Shown here: in pieces, positions 51,900 to 64,000 of the stretch
Layout: every line of letters starts with the position of its first letter
How positions within the stretch are numbered: position 1 is the first letter of the stretch
NCBI GenBank assembly: GCA_951406725.2
Contig: OX597814.1
Coordinates: forward strand, 126,914,001-126,978,000
Source: Octopus vulgaris
Lineage: Eukaryota
Reading direction: 5' to 3'
Length of the DNA stretch: 64,000 nucleotides
Notes under the pieces: generated by a model
What the model was told of the DNA's origin: nothing
Database searches by the model: none
The model's input: the letters and a program-made list of their open reading frames with translations, nothing else
Position numbers and translations under genes: made by a program

Positions 51900-52600
51900 C
51901 TATTTGAAGAGAGATCTAAAAGCCTTGTAAACCTGCTCAGGAGTTATAAATTGTCTGACAGGTACCCACTAAATTTTCTGAAAGTGCCAATGTAAACATA
52001 GATAAATCAGACTGGGTCATCCAGATTAAATCTGGATTAATAGTGTTTGTTAGTTAAGCAGCTAAAGATAATATAACAAGTCCACAATTTTGGCAAGGTA
52101 AAATTTTGGTTGTTAATGAGGACACATGAACAGCCTATTCCAAGATTTTCAATTCTGAGCCTAAAGATAATCTTAAGAAATTCCTGGTCTGGCAGCACCG
52201 CTGGGGTACATTGCCAGTTTGGGATAAACTCTACTAGCATAGTGGCACCATTAGCTGAGTGAGTCTGAGATGCATGTGGGCTGCTGATATTATCCTGCAT
52301 ATATCTATTTGGAGTTATGCTTCAAAATAAATTATGCAAAAGGAAATCTAGCTATCAGCCAAATTCATTGAGGTGCCTTTCCATCTTTGATTAGTTTCAT
52401 CTGTGAAAGAGATTATAGACTGAACAAGAATTGAAGAAAGACACTTCAATTAATTTCTTCAAATTTCACTTGTAGAGGAAGAGAATTTACTGTAAGGTGG
52501 ATATGATAGTTTGAAGTAATACAACAGCAAATTTTCTTAGAAAATTTTTGAAGCTACTGGTTTGAAAATGAGCAATAATAGAAGATAAAAAAAATAAAAT
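51900..52600 (-). mobile_element. Decayed Tc1-like transposase
   Basis: FTDET, MQDN..PH and RIENL traces of the DDE motifs. Confidence 0.45.
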
Positions 52601-52629
52601 GGGTTTCAAATTGTAACATTAATAAAAAC

Positions 52630-53100
52630 TCATCATCATTTAACGTCTGCTTTCCATGCTGGCATGAGTTGGACAGTTTGAGTGAAAACAATTAAGCTGG
52701 GGAGCTGCACCAGGTTCCAATCTGATTTCACTTGGTTTCTATGGCTGGATGCCCTTCCTAATGCCAACCCCTCCAAGAGTGTAGTGGGTGCTTTTTATGT
52801 GCCACTGACATGACATCAGCCATGACTATGATCTCTCTTGGTTTGACAGGTCTACACAAGCATGGCATATTGCAAAAGGCCTCAGTCACTTGTCATTGTC
52901 ACCACATCTCATGTCTTTCTGGATCTACCTCTTCCACAGGTTCCCTCCACTGTTAGAGTGTGGCACTTCTTTACACTGCTGTCCTTGTTCATACACATCA
53001 CTGATATTACACATCCAGCGAAGCATACAAGCCTACACATATCCTCTGCAGCCACAGCCCATGTTTCACTGCTGTGCAGCATGGCTGTTCGCACAAGGTT
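52630..53100 (-). mobile_element. RTE LINE 3' fragment with family B tail
   Basis: MLHSSETWAV...TVEGTCGRGRSRKT. Confidence 0.75.
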
Positions 53101-53419
53101 TTCTATAAATGCATTTGCAAAATCAATTGAATAATTCATGTGTTGCGAAAAATGCTCATGAATTAAAACTGTGTTGAATGCCAAACTAGTTAAGATGAAT
53201 AATGTCACTGTAGGGAAAAGGAGAAAAGATTACGAGAAATTAGTAGAAAATGAGACATTGAAAATTGACATTGCTGATATTTTAGATTACCTTAAAAGGT
53301 AGCTCTGTACAAAAAGGAAAAGATTTAGTTGTTTCCTGTGGTCCTGACTTCTGTCAGACAAAAGAGAGAGTGAAGTGAAACTGATTGTGAAACACTCGAG
53401 ACTTGGGAATTCTCATGGT

Positions 53420-56400
53420 AACTCACTTTATTATTGTTATGTGATTTCAGTCTATAGAAACATATTAATAGTGAATTTAATCTTTCTTTTATAGCATAAT
53501 TAGTTGTTGTTCAAAATAGTTTATTATTGGGTGAACTAATTTTGTGAATAAACATGAATTCCATCAAGGAATTCAGATTCATTCCGAACTATAGAGCCCA
53601 GTAGCAAGCAACATCCCAAAGGAATACATATGCTTCCTATTGGTACACTTGTGGCAAACAATTTCTAAATGAATTCAACAATTCGCTGTCACTAAACTAG
53701 TTGCAGACAATTTCAAAAGAATGTTTACTGTGTAATAAAGTTCAATTTCCTTGAATACAGCCAAACTCATATATAAAGTGCTTGGGCTAATGCATACAGT
53801 GTCCTGTTGTTCATACAGTTACTGATGCATTCTGTATGCATATTGATCATGTAGTCCATATGGTTACACAAGATGCTGAAGGAGACCTGACTTATCTCTC
53901 ATTTCCATCCATCCTTTGTATAAAGAAAAGAAAGATAAAAGTGGGTTTCTTGTCAAGAAAGTCAACTTTGAGACCATCAGTATTAACAATCTGAACTGGA
54001 AATTCTTGAGTGTCCAACAGATGACATTATATGATCAGATATATGTTAACTACAGTGGTTTGTTTTCTCTCAATCAAAAACAGTCTTTCAATTCCTTTAG
54101 CACAATAAAATGTTTTGTTCTTAATATGGATTGGTTGACATATGTACTGCATGTAGCAGTGAAGTGTCTGATTGGTTGGCATCCTTTCTGTCTCGGGAAA
54201 CAATGGAGTTGTGCATAAAGTGGTCTAGTCCGGCTTTTATATTTCATGTCCTGATACATTTCCTGCTGTGGCTGTGTAGTCCTATCCTGGACAAACACTC
54301 CCTCTGGCAGGTACCGCAAATGTAGTGAAGACTGTTCCTGGCTGGTTGTAATGCCATAGTCTCTTGTTGACGTCTCTTCTTTTCTTTCCATTTCTCCTCT
54401 CTCTCTCTCTTCTTTTACGGTACGTCACCATTCTCCATGGTTGCCGGCAACTGCCTCCCAACCGCTAATATTGATGTTGCAGGCCTTCATGTCCCTTTTG
54501 CAAACATCCTTGTAACGTAAGATCGGTCTACCCACAGACCTAGTACCCCTAGCAAGCTCTCCGTAGAGTATGTCCTTGGGGATTTTGCCATCTTTCATAC
54601 GGCTAACATGCCCAAGCCATCTCATACATCTTTGTGTGAGGAGTGCAAACATGCTTGGTATTCCTGCTTGCCTGAGGACATCTTTGTTGGGGATATGATT
54701 CTGCCATTTGATGCGGAGGATTTTTCGGAGGCAGCGCAGGTGAAAGATGTTTAGGCGATGCTCTTGGTGTGTGTATAGCGTCCAGGTCTCACTTCCATAC
54801 AGTAGAGTGCTGAGTACACATGCCTGGTAGATCTTCATTTTCATGGTCTTGGTCAGCTTATTGTTGTCCCAAGCCCGTTTGGAGAGTTGGGCCATCGCAG
54901 CAGCTGCCTTGCCAATGCGTATATTGAGCTCAACGTCAAGGGATAGGTTGTAGGTGACGGTAGAGCCCAGATAGGTAAACTTCTACACCTCTTGTAATCT
55001 GTGGTCTCCAATATGTATGTTTGGGATGTCCGATGTAGCCTGGCCCATGATGTTGGTCTTCTTAAGGCTGATAGCTAAGCCAAAGTCGTTACATGCTTGC
55101 TCAAAACAGTTAATGAGCCTTTGGAGGGCTTCTTCTGTGTGTGTTACCAGAGCGGCATCATCAGCAAATAACATCTCCTTGATCAGGACGTTTCTGATTT
55201 TGGTCTTGACACGCAGGCGTGAGAGATTGAACAATTTCCCATCACTTCTACTGTGCAGAAACACTCCATCATCTGATGTCTGAAAGGCATGTGAAAGTAA
55301 GAGCGAGAAGAAGATGCCAAACAATGTAGGAGCGAGGACACAACCTTGCTTTACCCTGTTTTATATTTGGAAGGCGGCTGATGTTGAACCATTGTGCTGT
55401 ATGGTGCCTTGCATGTCATCATGGAAAGACTTGATGATCCTCAGCAGCTTTGGTGGACATCCGATTTTTTGGAGCAGGATGAAGAGGCCTGTTCTGCTTA
55501 CCGAGTCAAAAGCCTTCGTTAGATCAATGAAGGCCATATATAATGGCATTTTCTGCTCTCCGGGCTTCTCCTGAAGTTGGCGTATGGAGAATATCATATC
55601 GATAGTTGATCTGCTTCTTCTAAAGCCACACTGCGATTCCGGATAGATTCGAGAAGCAAGTAGTTGTAGCCTGGCCAGGATAACGTGGACAAAGGTCTTT
55701 CCAACAGTGCTTAGAAGGGATATACCACGGTAATTGTTACAATCACCACGGTCACCTTTGTTTTTGTAAAGCGTAATGATGTTAGCATCCCGCATATCCT
55801 GAGGGACTGTACCCTCTTCCCAGCACTGACACAGAAGCTCATGAAGGTGCCGAAGCAGGATGGTGTTTTTGCCGGCTTTGATGATCTCTGAGGAGATGCC
55901 GTCTTTTCCCGGAGCCTTATTTCTTGCTAGGGAGTCAACAGCCTTGGTGAGCTCTGCTATAGATGGCAGACTGTCAAGTTCGCACATGACTGGCAAGATT
56001 TTGACACTCTCGACTGCAGCCTCAGCCACTGTAGTCTCCCATGAGCAGAGATCCTGGTAGTGCTCCACCCATCTATCCATTTGCTTGCCTTGATCCCTGA
56101 TGAGATCTCCAGTAGTTGATTTCAGAGGGGCTGACTTGGTTGCGGATGGACCGAGGGCCTTCTTCAAACCGGCATACATCCCACGGGTGTCGCCCCTGTC
56201 AGCAGCTGACTGGATACTCTGACAGATTTCCTGCCAATACCTATTTGCACAGCGTCTGGCTGTCAGTTGGGTTTTATTTTGTGCCTTTCTGAGTTCTTCG
56301 AGTGACTTTGTAGAAGAGTCACTCTTGTATTGCATCAGAGCTGCACACTTTGCTTCGATAACTGGCTCCAGCTCTGAGAGCCCAGCATTGAACCAATCTG

Positions 56401-59200
56401 GGTTTTGCCTTCCTCTCATGCCGAAAGTATCTATTGATGTCGTATACAAGGCTTCCCTGATATAGTCCCACCTACTTTCAGCAGAGGAGGTTGGGCAGCT
56501 ACTAAGGGCAACCTTGATAGAAGCAGCAAAACATTTTCGCAGTGTAGGGTCCGAGGTTCTGGCGGTGTTGATGTGTGGTTGGCCCACTTTCTTGGAGCGA
56601 TGGACTTTTTTAGGCAGAATCCTCACCCTACTTCTAATTAGTGAGTGGTCTGTGTCACAATCCGCGCTGTGGTAACTGCGGGTCTATAGAGTAGAATTCA
56701 GAAAGGATCTCCGTGTAATGATGAGATCCAGCTGATGCCAGTGGTGAGATCTTGGATGTCTCCAGGATGCCTTGTGGGATGGCTTGTTGGTAAAGAATGT
56801 GTTTGTGATGCACAGGTTGTGGTATGTGCAGAATTCGAGTAGTCTCTGACCATTGTCATTCATGTTGCCAATACCAAAGTGTCCAACACAAATGGGCCAC
56901 GAATCATGGTCAGATCCCACGCGAGCGTTAAAATCCCCTAGAAGGTAGATATTTTCAGTTGTTGGTATATTTTCTATGACCCAGTTGAGATCTTTGTAGA
57001 ACTGTTCCTTGGTCTCCTCTGAGCTGTAGAGAGTGGGAGCATAGATGCTGAGTAGATGTACTGAGCCAGAAGAAGTGTCTGATTAAAGTAACACTAACTG
57101 TACAGGTAGCTTCACATACTAACTCTGCTATGGGACAACCTGAACCAGCCTTCTATATTGTATAGATACTGAGTAGGTATCAGAGGGTAATACATTGCAA
57201 TCCATATTTGTTGACAGCCACAGAAGTTGGTCACTGAAGTAAAAAGTGCCAATTCTAACTGCTTGCTTTTAGCATGTGTGACAGCAGAGAGCCTAAATAA
57301 TAGATAATTGGCTCTCTTACTCCAGTGAGATCTATTAAGGCTTTCATTACTGTCTCTGCTATAACATCTGCAATTAGTATAGTCTTTGGTTATGGAGTAC
57401 AGAGATCTTACATGTCAAAAATACCAGAAGGAAAAAGTGCCAAGTCAATATGCATGAGGTGTAACCTAGTGATCAGTATAGCAAAGGTGTTGACATGATA
57501 GTTAGCTTTGGCATGCTGACACCTCATGCAGTTCTAGTCATGCAGATGTACATTCTGGTTAATTATGGGCCAGGTAAATCTTGAAGCAATCAATTTCTGA
57601 GTTGCCTGAACTGTTATTTGGTACATTTAGAACAGATGTGGCGATTCGCATGATGTAGCATGCCAAATGTCCTGTTCACCTCTGGAGAGAAAGACTTTCT
57701 TGAAAACAAGTAAGGAAGTACCACTGAGCAGCAACTGAAGTTCCTCACCACCTTTTTGATCAGTGGCTATGCATGTGAGATCAATGGATGAGGTAATGTG
57801 TAGAGCTGACATTTCTTGCTATGAAAACATGTTGGCTGCAATATTGTTCCTGTTTGAAATGTGCTTCATATCTTAAATGAAGTGAAATATTTAATCAAAT
57901 ATCTTAATTCCCTGGGAGAATATCAATCTGACTTTACTTACTGTGTAAATGGGGTTTATGGTATGTGTAGACAGTAAACTTCCTGCTTTCTAAATAGTGT
58001 GGATAATGTCTTACGGACATAACCAGTAACTCATGACCAAATACACTATCTTGTTTCAGTAGGTTTTAACTTTTACAAAAGCAAAAAAACTCCATGGGTT
58101 CCCATACGTCTCTATGTAGGCCTTGCAACATTCCAGTGATAGTGGAGTCAGATTCATAGGCCATAAGACATATGTCAACATCTTCAAACAGATGTGCTAA
58201 CATCACAGCTTCAGTGAAATCATTCTTAATGCGACAGAAATCGGTTTCACACTCTTCATTCCATGCAAGGGATTATGTGTTAATACATGGGATACTTCTG
58301 AAATCAGTCTGGTGATGAGTATGGTTGCTTCTCATGGAAGAAAATGTCGATAAAAGCTAATGCTACCTCAGAATCATAATAGTTGTTAGACAGTAGTTGG
58401 TGTGAAGTTGGTCTATAACTAGTGACCTTCACCACCAATGGAGAAATGCCTTCAGCTATCATATGGTGTCTGAGAAAATCCAAACTTCTAACGCCAAATC
58501 GTAACTTCAGTGCATTGATAACAACACTGTGCTTAGTTGAGTGTGTAAACAAGAGATATATGTGTTGTAATATATCAGAAAGTTACATGTTCAAATCACA
58601 TCAGTGCTAGTTTGACAAGCATGTTGAACAAAATGATGTGTTGTTTAATCATGTAAGGATCTCCTAATGTAGAAAAAGAGATACTATGGATCAATTGGTC
58701 ATTTAACTGTGATATGTCTAATATTTTAGACCAGCTGAAAAGAGAGTTCTATACAAAGAAGATTCTGTTAATTTCTGCAATTCTGACTTTAATAAAAAAA
58801 AAAAGAGATAATGAACAAAGCGAAAACAACTTGCTTAAAGCTTGTAATTCTCACAGTGGCTCACTGTATTAGTGTGGGACTACATCTGAAGCTGGTCAGT
58901 AGAGAAAAGTTAATGGTGAATTTACTCTTTCTTTTATAGTAGCATAATTAGTTTCTGCCCTGGGTAGTCCATTGTTGAGTCAGTTCATTTTATGAATAAT
59001 CACAAATTGAGTTGAATGAAGTTGTATCCAGGAATTCACTGGTTCAATTAGAATTAAGACACCATGTGGAAAGAAATATTCTAAAGGGATACAGAAGCTA
59101 ACAGTTGCCACACTAACAGCAAACCAATTTTCAAAGAAATACAATAGCTCACTCAGTCATTACACCAATGGCAAACAGTTTTTCACAGAAATATAGAACC
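53420..59200 (-). mobile_element. Ancient Gypsy LTR retrotransposon remnant hosting the RTE
   Basis: VIN..K.RFGVRSLDFL.HH...GISPL..KV (RT), IADVIAETV (integrase); diverged direct repeats at 53420-53720 and 58860-59190. Confidence 0.6.
54174..57071 (-). mobile_element. 5'-truncated RTE-clade (BovB-like) LINE with frameshifts and 13-bp TSD
   Basis: APE endonuclease (LGDFNARVG, DTDH), RT (NYRGISLL, QCGFR, FIDLTKAFD, LFADD), C-terminal CGTC..SRIGLHSH; TSD gaagtgtctgatt at 54161-54173 and 57072-57084. Confidence 0.95.
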
Positions 59201-59347
59201 TTGCCAAGACTATGCCAGCAGCAAACATTTTCAAAATATGGAGAAATTCTTTCGTTTAAGTTATGGCATACAATTCTCAAAGAAATATTAAAGTTTGTTG
59301 CTGCTACACAAACATCCACTTTATAGTTTCATTATTATAACTATATT

Positions 59348-60665
59348 AAGGCGGTGAGCTGGCAGAATTGTTAGCACACTGGGCAAAATGCTTAGTGGCG
59401 TTTCATCTGTCTTTACGTTCTGAGTTCAAGTTCTGCCGAGGTCAACTTTGCCTTTCATCCTTTAAGGGTCCATAAAATAAATATCAGTTGAGTAATGGGG
59501 TCAATGTAATTGTCTATCCCTATTCCCCAAATTTCAGGCCTTGTGCCTATAGTAGAAAAGATTGCTATAACTATATTAAATGTGGTGAGCTGACAGGATT
59601 GTTAGCATGCTGAGTGAAAAGCTTAGCAGTATTTCACCCATTGCTACATTTTGAGTTCAAATTCCTCCAAGGCCGACTTTGCCTTTCATCTTTTCAAGGT
59701 TGATAAAATAAGTACCATTTGCACACTGGAATCCATGTCATCAACTTAACCCCTTCCCCAAAATTTCAAGCCTTGTGCCTATAATAGAAAAAGGTTATTA
59801 TAATAACATTAATGGCAGGGAGCTGACAAAATCATTAGCATGCTGGACAGAATGCTTGGCTGCATTTCATCTGTCTTTACATTCTGAGTTCAAATTCTGC
59901 TGAGGCCGACTTTGTTTTTCAACCTTTCAGGGTTTGATAAATTAAGTACCAATCAAGCACTGGAACTGATGCAATCAACTAGCCCCCTTCCCCCAAATTT
60001 GAGGTTTTGTGCTTATAATAGAAAGGGCTATTCTAACAACATTGATGGTGGTGAGCTGACAGAATAATTAGCAGCTGGACAAAACGCCTAGCAGTATTTT
60101 GTCCATCTCTACATTCTGGGTTCAAATTCTGCTGAGGCCAACCTTGCCTTTTATCCTTTTAGGGTCAAAATAAGCACCAGTTGAATATTGGGGTTGACAT
60201 AATCGACAGTTAATTTGCTCCTTTTTAACAAAAATTTCAGGCCGCACACTTATAGTAGAAAAACTTTTATAGCAACATTAAAATGGTCAGAAAAAAGGCT
60301 TTGTAATATTTGTTCTGGCTCTTAACATTCTGAATTCAAATCTCACTGAGGCCAACATTGCTTTTTGTCCTTTTAAAGTCAATACAAATAAGTACCAGTC
60401 TAGTACTGGGGCTGATAGTATTGGCTTCCTCTCAAAATTTCTGGCCTTATGCCTAAATTAGAAACCATAATTATAACATCATTTGAGGTGGTAAGCTTTC
60501 AGAATTGTTAGCATGCTGAGCAATATGCTTAGTAGCATTTTGTTTGTCTTTACATTCCAAGGTCAACTTTGTCTTTCATCCTTTTGGGGTTAGTAAAATA
60601 AAATACCAGTCAAGTACTGGAGGTAACAGTATCAACAAAGTACATCCTCACAAAATTGCTAGCCT
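59348..60665 (+). repeat. Head-to-tail array of six SINE family D copies, ~230-bp period
   Basis: Heads near 59348, 59578, 59811, 60044, 60280 and 60484; gagttcaaat B-box; ctttgcctttcatccttt core. Confidence 0.9.
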
Positions 60666-60714
60666 TTTCTCTCTTATTGCATGTGTTTCATTTTTCAATA
60701 CACTTTCAAATACA

Positions 60715-61097
60715 TCTCTCTCTATATAAACGGCAGTTTGTCTGTGCGTTTTCTGTGTGTCTGTTTTCTCGTACCCTCACTCTGACCACGGCTTTCAACC
60801 GATTCTGATGAAACTTGACACACACATAGCCCAATGTCATAATTCAAAACTAACGCAGCGAAAATTTTGAAAAGTTCCCCCAGTTCTGAAAAAATCGATA
60901 AATTCGACATGGGGTCGAGAATCATAAACCCAAACCACAGACCGTCTAGGGGACGCAACTCCACCTTTTTTAACTTTCAAAACAAATTTACCATCATTTT
61001 TTCCCCATTTTTTTGCTATTTTTGGGCTATAACTCTCTAAAAATGCTTTATAGTTATTTCCCTTACAAACCTGAGCAACGCCGGGCGATACTGCTAG
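60715..61097 (+). mobile_element. Helitron-like element
   Basis: A|TC..gagcaacgccgggcgatactgCTAG|T; 3' end shared with the 26990 copy. Confidence 0.75.
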
Positions 61098-61559
61098 TTA
61101 ACTATAATTATGAACAATATTTTATTTCTTTCACTTTTGGTTATTTACATTTTATAATTGCATTCTTTTTGCATGTAAATTTCTTGCCATGTAACTGTAT
61201 TGTTTTCATTACAATTGTGTTATTTTCATTAATTTCTCCTTCAAGCTCTCTAGTGGAGGACTGATGTTTTCTGTTATTAGTGTAACTAGGAATTACATTC
61301 ACTTCTAACACACCATTATACACTAGCACATTCACTTCTAGCATGCCATTATACACTACTGGCAAGCAATTATGTAAAAATCTAAATATTGTAATATGCT
61401 TCAGTAAAAATAAATGTTATTTAAACAACATTGGATTTGGGTTATTTATAGGACAACATACAGTCCATCGTTATACCAACATATAAAGATCCATATAACC
61501 AAAGCCACAGTATAATAATTTTGTATTATTAATAAACATGACAGCTCTATGGTCATAGG

Positions 61560-61930
61560 TGTAATAATTAATGTAATATCAATAAATATAAATTCCTATA
61601 TTATAATTAATATTATAAGATATTATTATATTATGAATATCATTATATTATTAATAAATATAATTATTGCTATTATAAGTAAATATACAAATCAGTGTAA
61701 TCAATAAATATATTCACTGTATCATCAATAATTATAATTACTGTTTTATGAGTGAATAATTACATGTCTATTAATTAACGTAATTAAAAAATAACAATGA
61801 ACTTATTACTATTTCATCAGTAAATATAATATTTCGGTTCCATCAATAAATATAATTACTATATCGGCAATAAATTTAATATTGCTGTAATATCAATAAA
61901 TATATATTGAAATATAGTGATAATATATAA
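61560..61930. repeat. AT-rich degenerate ~30-bp repeat
   Basis: atcaataaatata recurring. Confidence 0.5.
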
Positions 61931-62759
61931 GTTGGAAAGAACGAGTGAGAGTTGGTAGAAACGATATCCCGTAAAGCAAAATGCCATAAGATACATCTTT
62001 TTACATTTCGAGTTCAAATCCTGGCGCAGTAACCATTGTATTTCATTTGTCTAGGTGTCGATAAAATAAGGTACCAATTAAGTACTGGACTTTATATTAT
62101 CAATTATACACGCCTCCAAAGTATCCCATTACTATTCAAAATCAATTATAGAGTGTGGACAGCTGTAGTCACTGAATTGATAGGTGGAGTTACTTCCCTT
62201 ACAATCTGTTATCATTGTAATTAATGTTGACATCATGGGGATATTCTTTGTAATTATTCCTATCTCCATCCTGATATTAACTATAGTCTTACATTTTATG
62301 TTCCGATCTAAGACTATCCGAAACATCCATGGTTATCATATTGTCGTAAGTTTTTTTGGTATTGTTTTCTTGTTTTTTAAAAAAGAATTTTACCGTTAAT
62401 ATACCTAGTCAGAAATAATAACGTGCCTAAAAGGATGTCAGTACTTCCTAGTTTCATAATTTAAACTTGATCAAAGTTTTTTTTGACCATGATATACTAT
62501 CGTAGGATACTAGATTTTACTCATATACGCACCATAATATCACTGTGCTTTCTAGCAGGAAATCACTTTACTTCTGCTGTTTCGTCTCTCCGCCGTCTTC
62601 TTTGATGTTTATTTTCGTGGTCTTATTAATACAGTCAATAATTGTATGATGCTAATTAAATGTTCGTGCTTAAACTTACATAATTTAAAATAGTTAATTC
62701 AATGAAAAAAGGAATATATTTTAAAAGGAAAAACAAAAAAAAAGGAAAGGACAGAAAAA

Positions 62760-63020
62760 AACATCAATGCAGCACCAATGCCTCAATTGGTCGCACACCA
62801 CAAGGTTCAACGGAACCTACGGAAGCAAGCCAACACGCTCGCGGTATTACCACGGGTGATGGCGAAGCTAAGACGTTGGAAAAGCCAAACACCTTCACGG
62901 ACACCACCTGACACCTCGGTAAAGGGGCTGCCAGTGATGACAAGAACTTCGTCGTTAGCAGCCCAGTCCCTCCAAACGTCTCAAACAGACTAGAAGAGAT
63001 AGTTCACTGCCAGGTTCCGA
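62760..63020 (-). mobile_element. C-terminal restriction-like endonuclease fragment of a CRE-type non-LTR element
   Basis: ETFGG.G....FL, then after a frameshift REGVWLFQRLSFAITRGNTASVL*. Confidence 0.7.
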
Positions 63021-64000
63021 TACTTTAAGGTTCTATTCCGTTGAGACTTTGATCAAAGGCATTCCAGCCGCGACTGTCTTATTTTACCCCCTGATATTGT
63101 GTATAAAGAAGTGTTATCTAACGTGTTATTGTTTTTTTAGGATAATCATGTTATCCAGTGTGTCGAGACAATGCAGTGTGGTTCAATGGACAGTGACTGC
63201 TATTTCTAACAAGTTTGCGCGACGACGAATTGCGTGTTTGTCATAGATGTTTTGTTTGTCGATGTAACTTGTATTTCGTAAACATATGCACCGCTAACGA
63301 TTTTGGAGTAAGAAACAAAGTTGTGGCAAGACTTCCGCCCGTTCCGCCCCCCACCGCCCTTTTTGACTACGGGAATCTCTGCAGTGCAATTAATCCTGTG
63401 TCTTGTCAAAATGAATTATCATTATCGGTGTGATAGAAAAGGCAGAACAACAGGCAAAGTGCATTGTGGTATCTAGTTAACAGGCTTTCACGTTCTGTGT
63501 TCAAATCCTGACGAAGTCGATTTCACTTTTTCACTTCGATGTCAATTAAATAAATACCCGCAAGTACTGCAGTCAACGGTACCCTACCCGCCTCAAATAT
63601 ATGTCCATGTGCTGCTAGTAATCATTATTTGTTGCAAAGGTTGTGAAAGGTACTTAATCCTTTTTACACGGAGTTCAAATCCCGACGTCTTTGACTTTTC
63701 ATACTTCTAGTGTCAATAAAATAAGACTCTTTGTCAGAAATTAATCATTTTATTGATATTATTTGAAGTTATTTCCACCAAGCTGTTGCACATAAAATGT
63801 CAGAACCATGAAGTATATTAGAGGCAGCATCAGATATTTTGTGCAACAACCTAACAAGTAGGTGTGTCAGACATCTGGGTAGTAAAATAACATCCAACAA
63901 AATCAACAGGGTTTTAGTAATATTCTTTTTAATACTTAAGCTGTTCAAGTCGGCAAGCTGGTTAGTCATTAGTGTGTCAGAGGAAATGTTTGGCAGCATT

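Noticed and set aside
53935-54000. ETISINNL on the + strand resembling a Gypsy integrase end (possible internal inversion)
   Set aside because: Too short to distinguish from chance without an alignment.
63206-63433. Overlapping short ORFs in a CpG-rich patch
   Set aside because: No recognisable homology or clear splice sites on either strand.
63769-63999. 76-aa minus-strand ORF at the window end
   Set aside because: Overlaps a SINE D head on the + strand; no recognisable protein motif.

Overview
AT-rich, repeat-dense animal DNA. The SINE, RTE and Penelope repertoire looks like a coleoid cephalopod, most likely Octopus (an inference from pattern recall, not a database result). Two convergent genes are well supported. 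POMGNT2/GTDC2 is on the + strand with one coding exon (3936-5732, 598 aa). PRMT5 is on the - strand with 17 hand-assembled GT-AG coding exons (50511-19464, 1893 nt, 630 aa, all phases compatible). The rest is transposon-derived: a young Penelope-like element, a 5'-truncated RTE LINE with a 13-bp TSD nested in a decayed Gypsy, piggyBac MITEs with TTAA, Helitron-like elements, Tigger/Tc1/CRE remnants, several SINE families and a six-copy tandem SINE array. The most unusual signal is a set of minimal type I hammerhead-ribozyme-like motifs with one shared non-canonical architecture. These include a 123-bp-arm palindrome in PRMT5 intron 1 whose intact ribozyme is in the pre-mRNA sense, and a second family with U at core position 6. 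I found no convincing novel protein-coding system.
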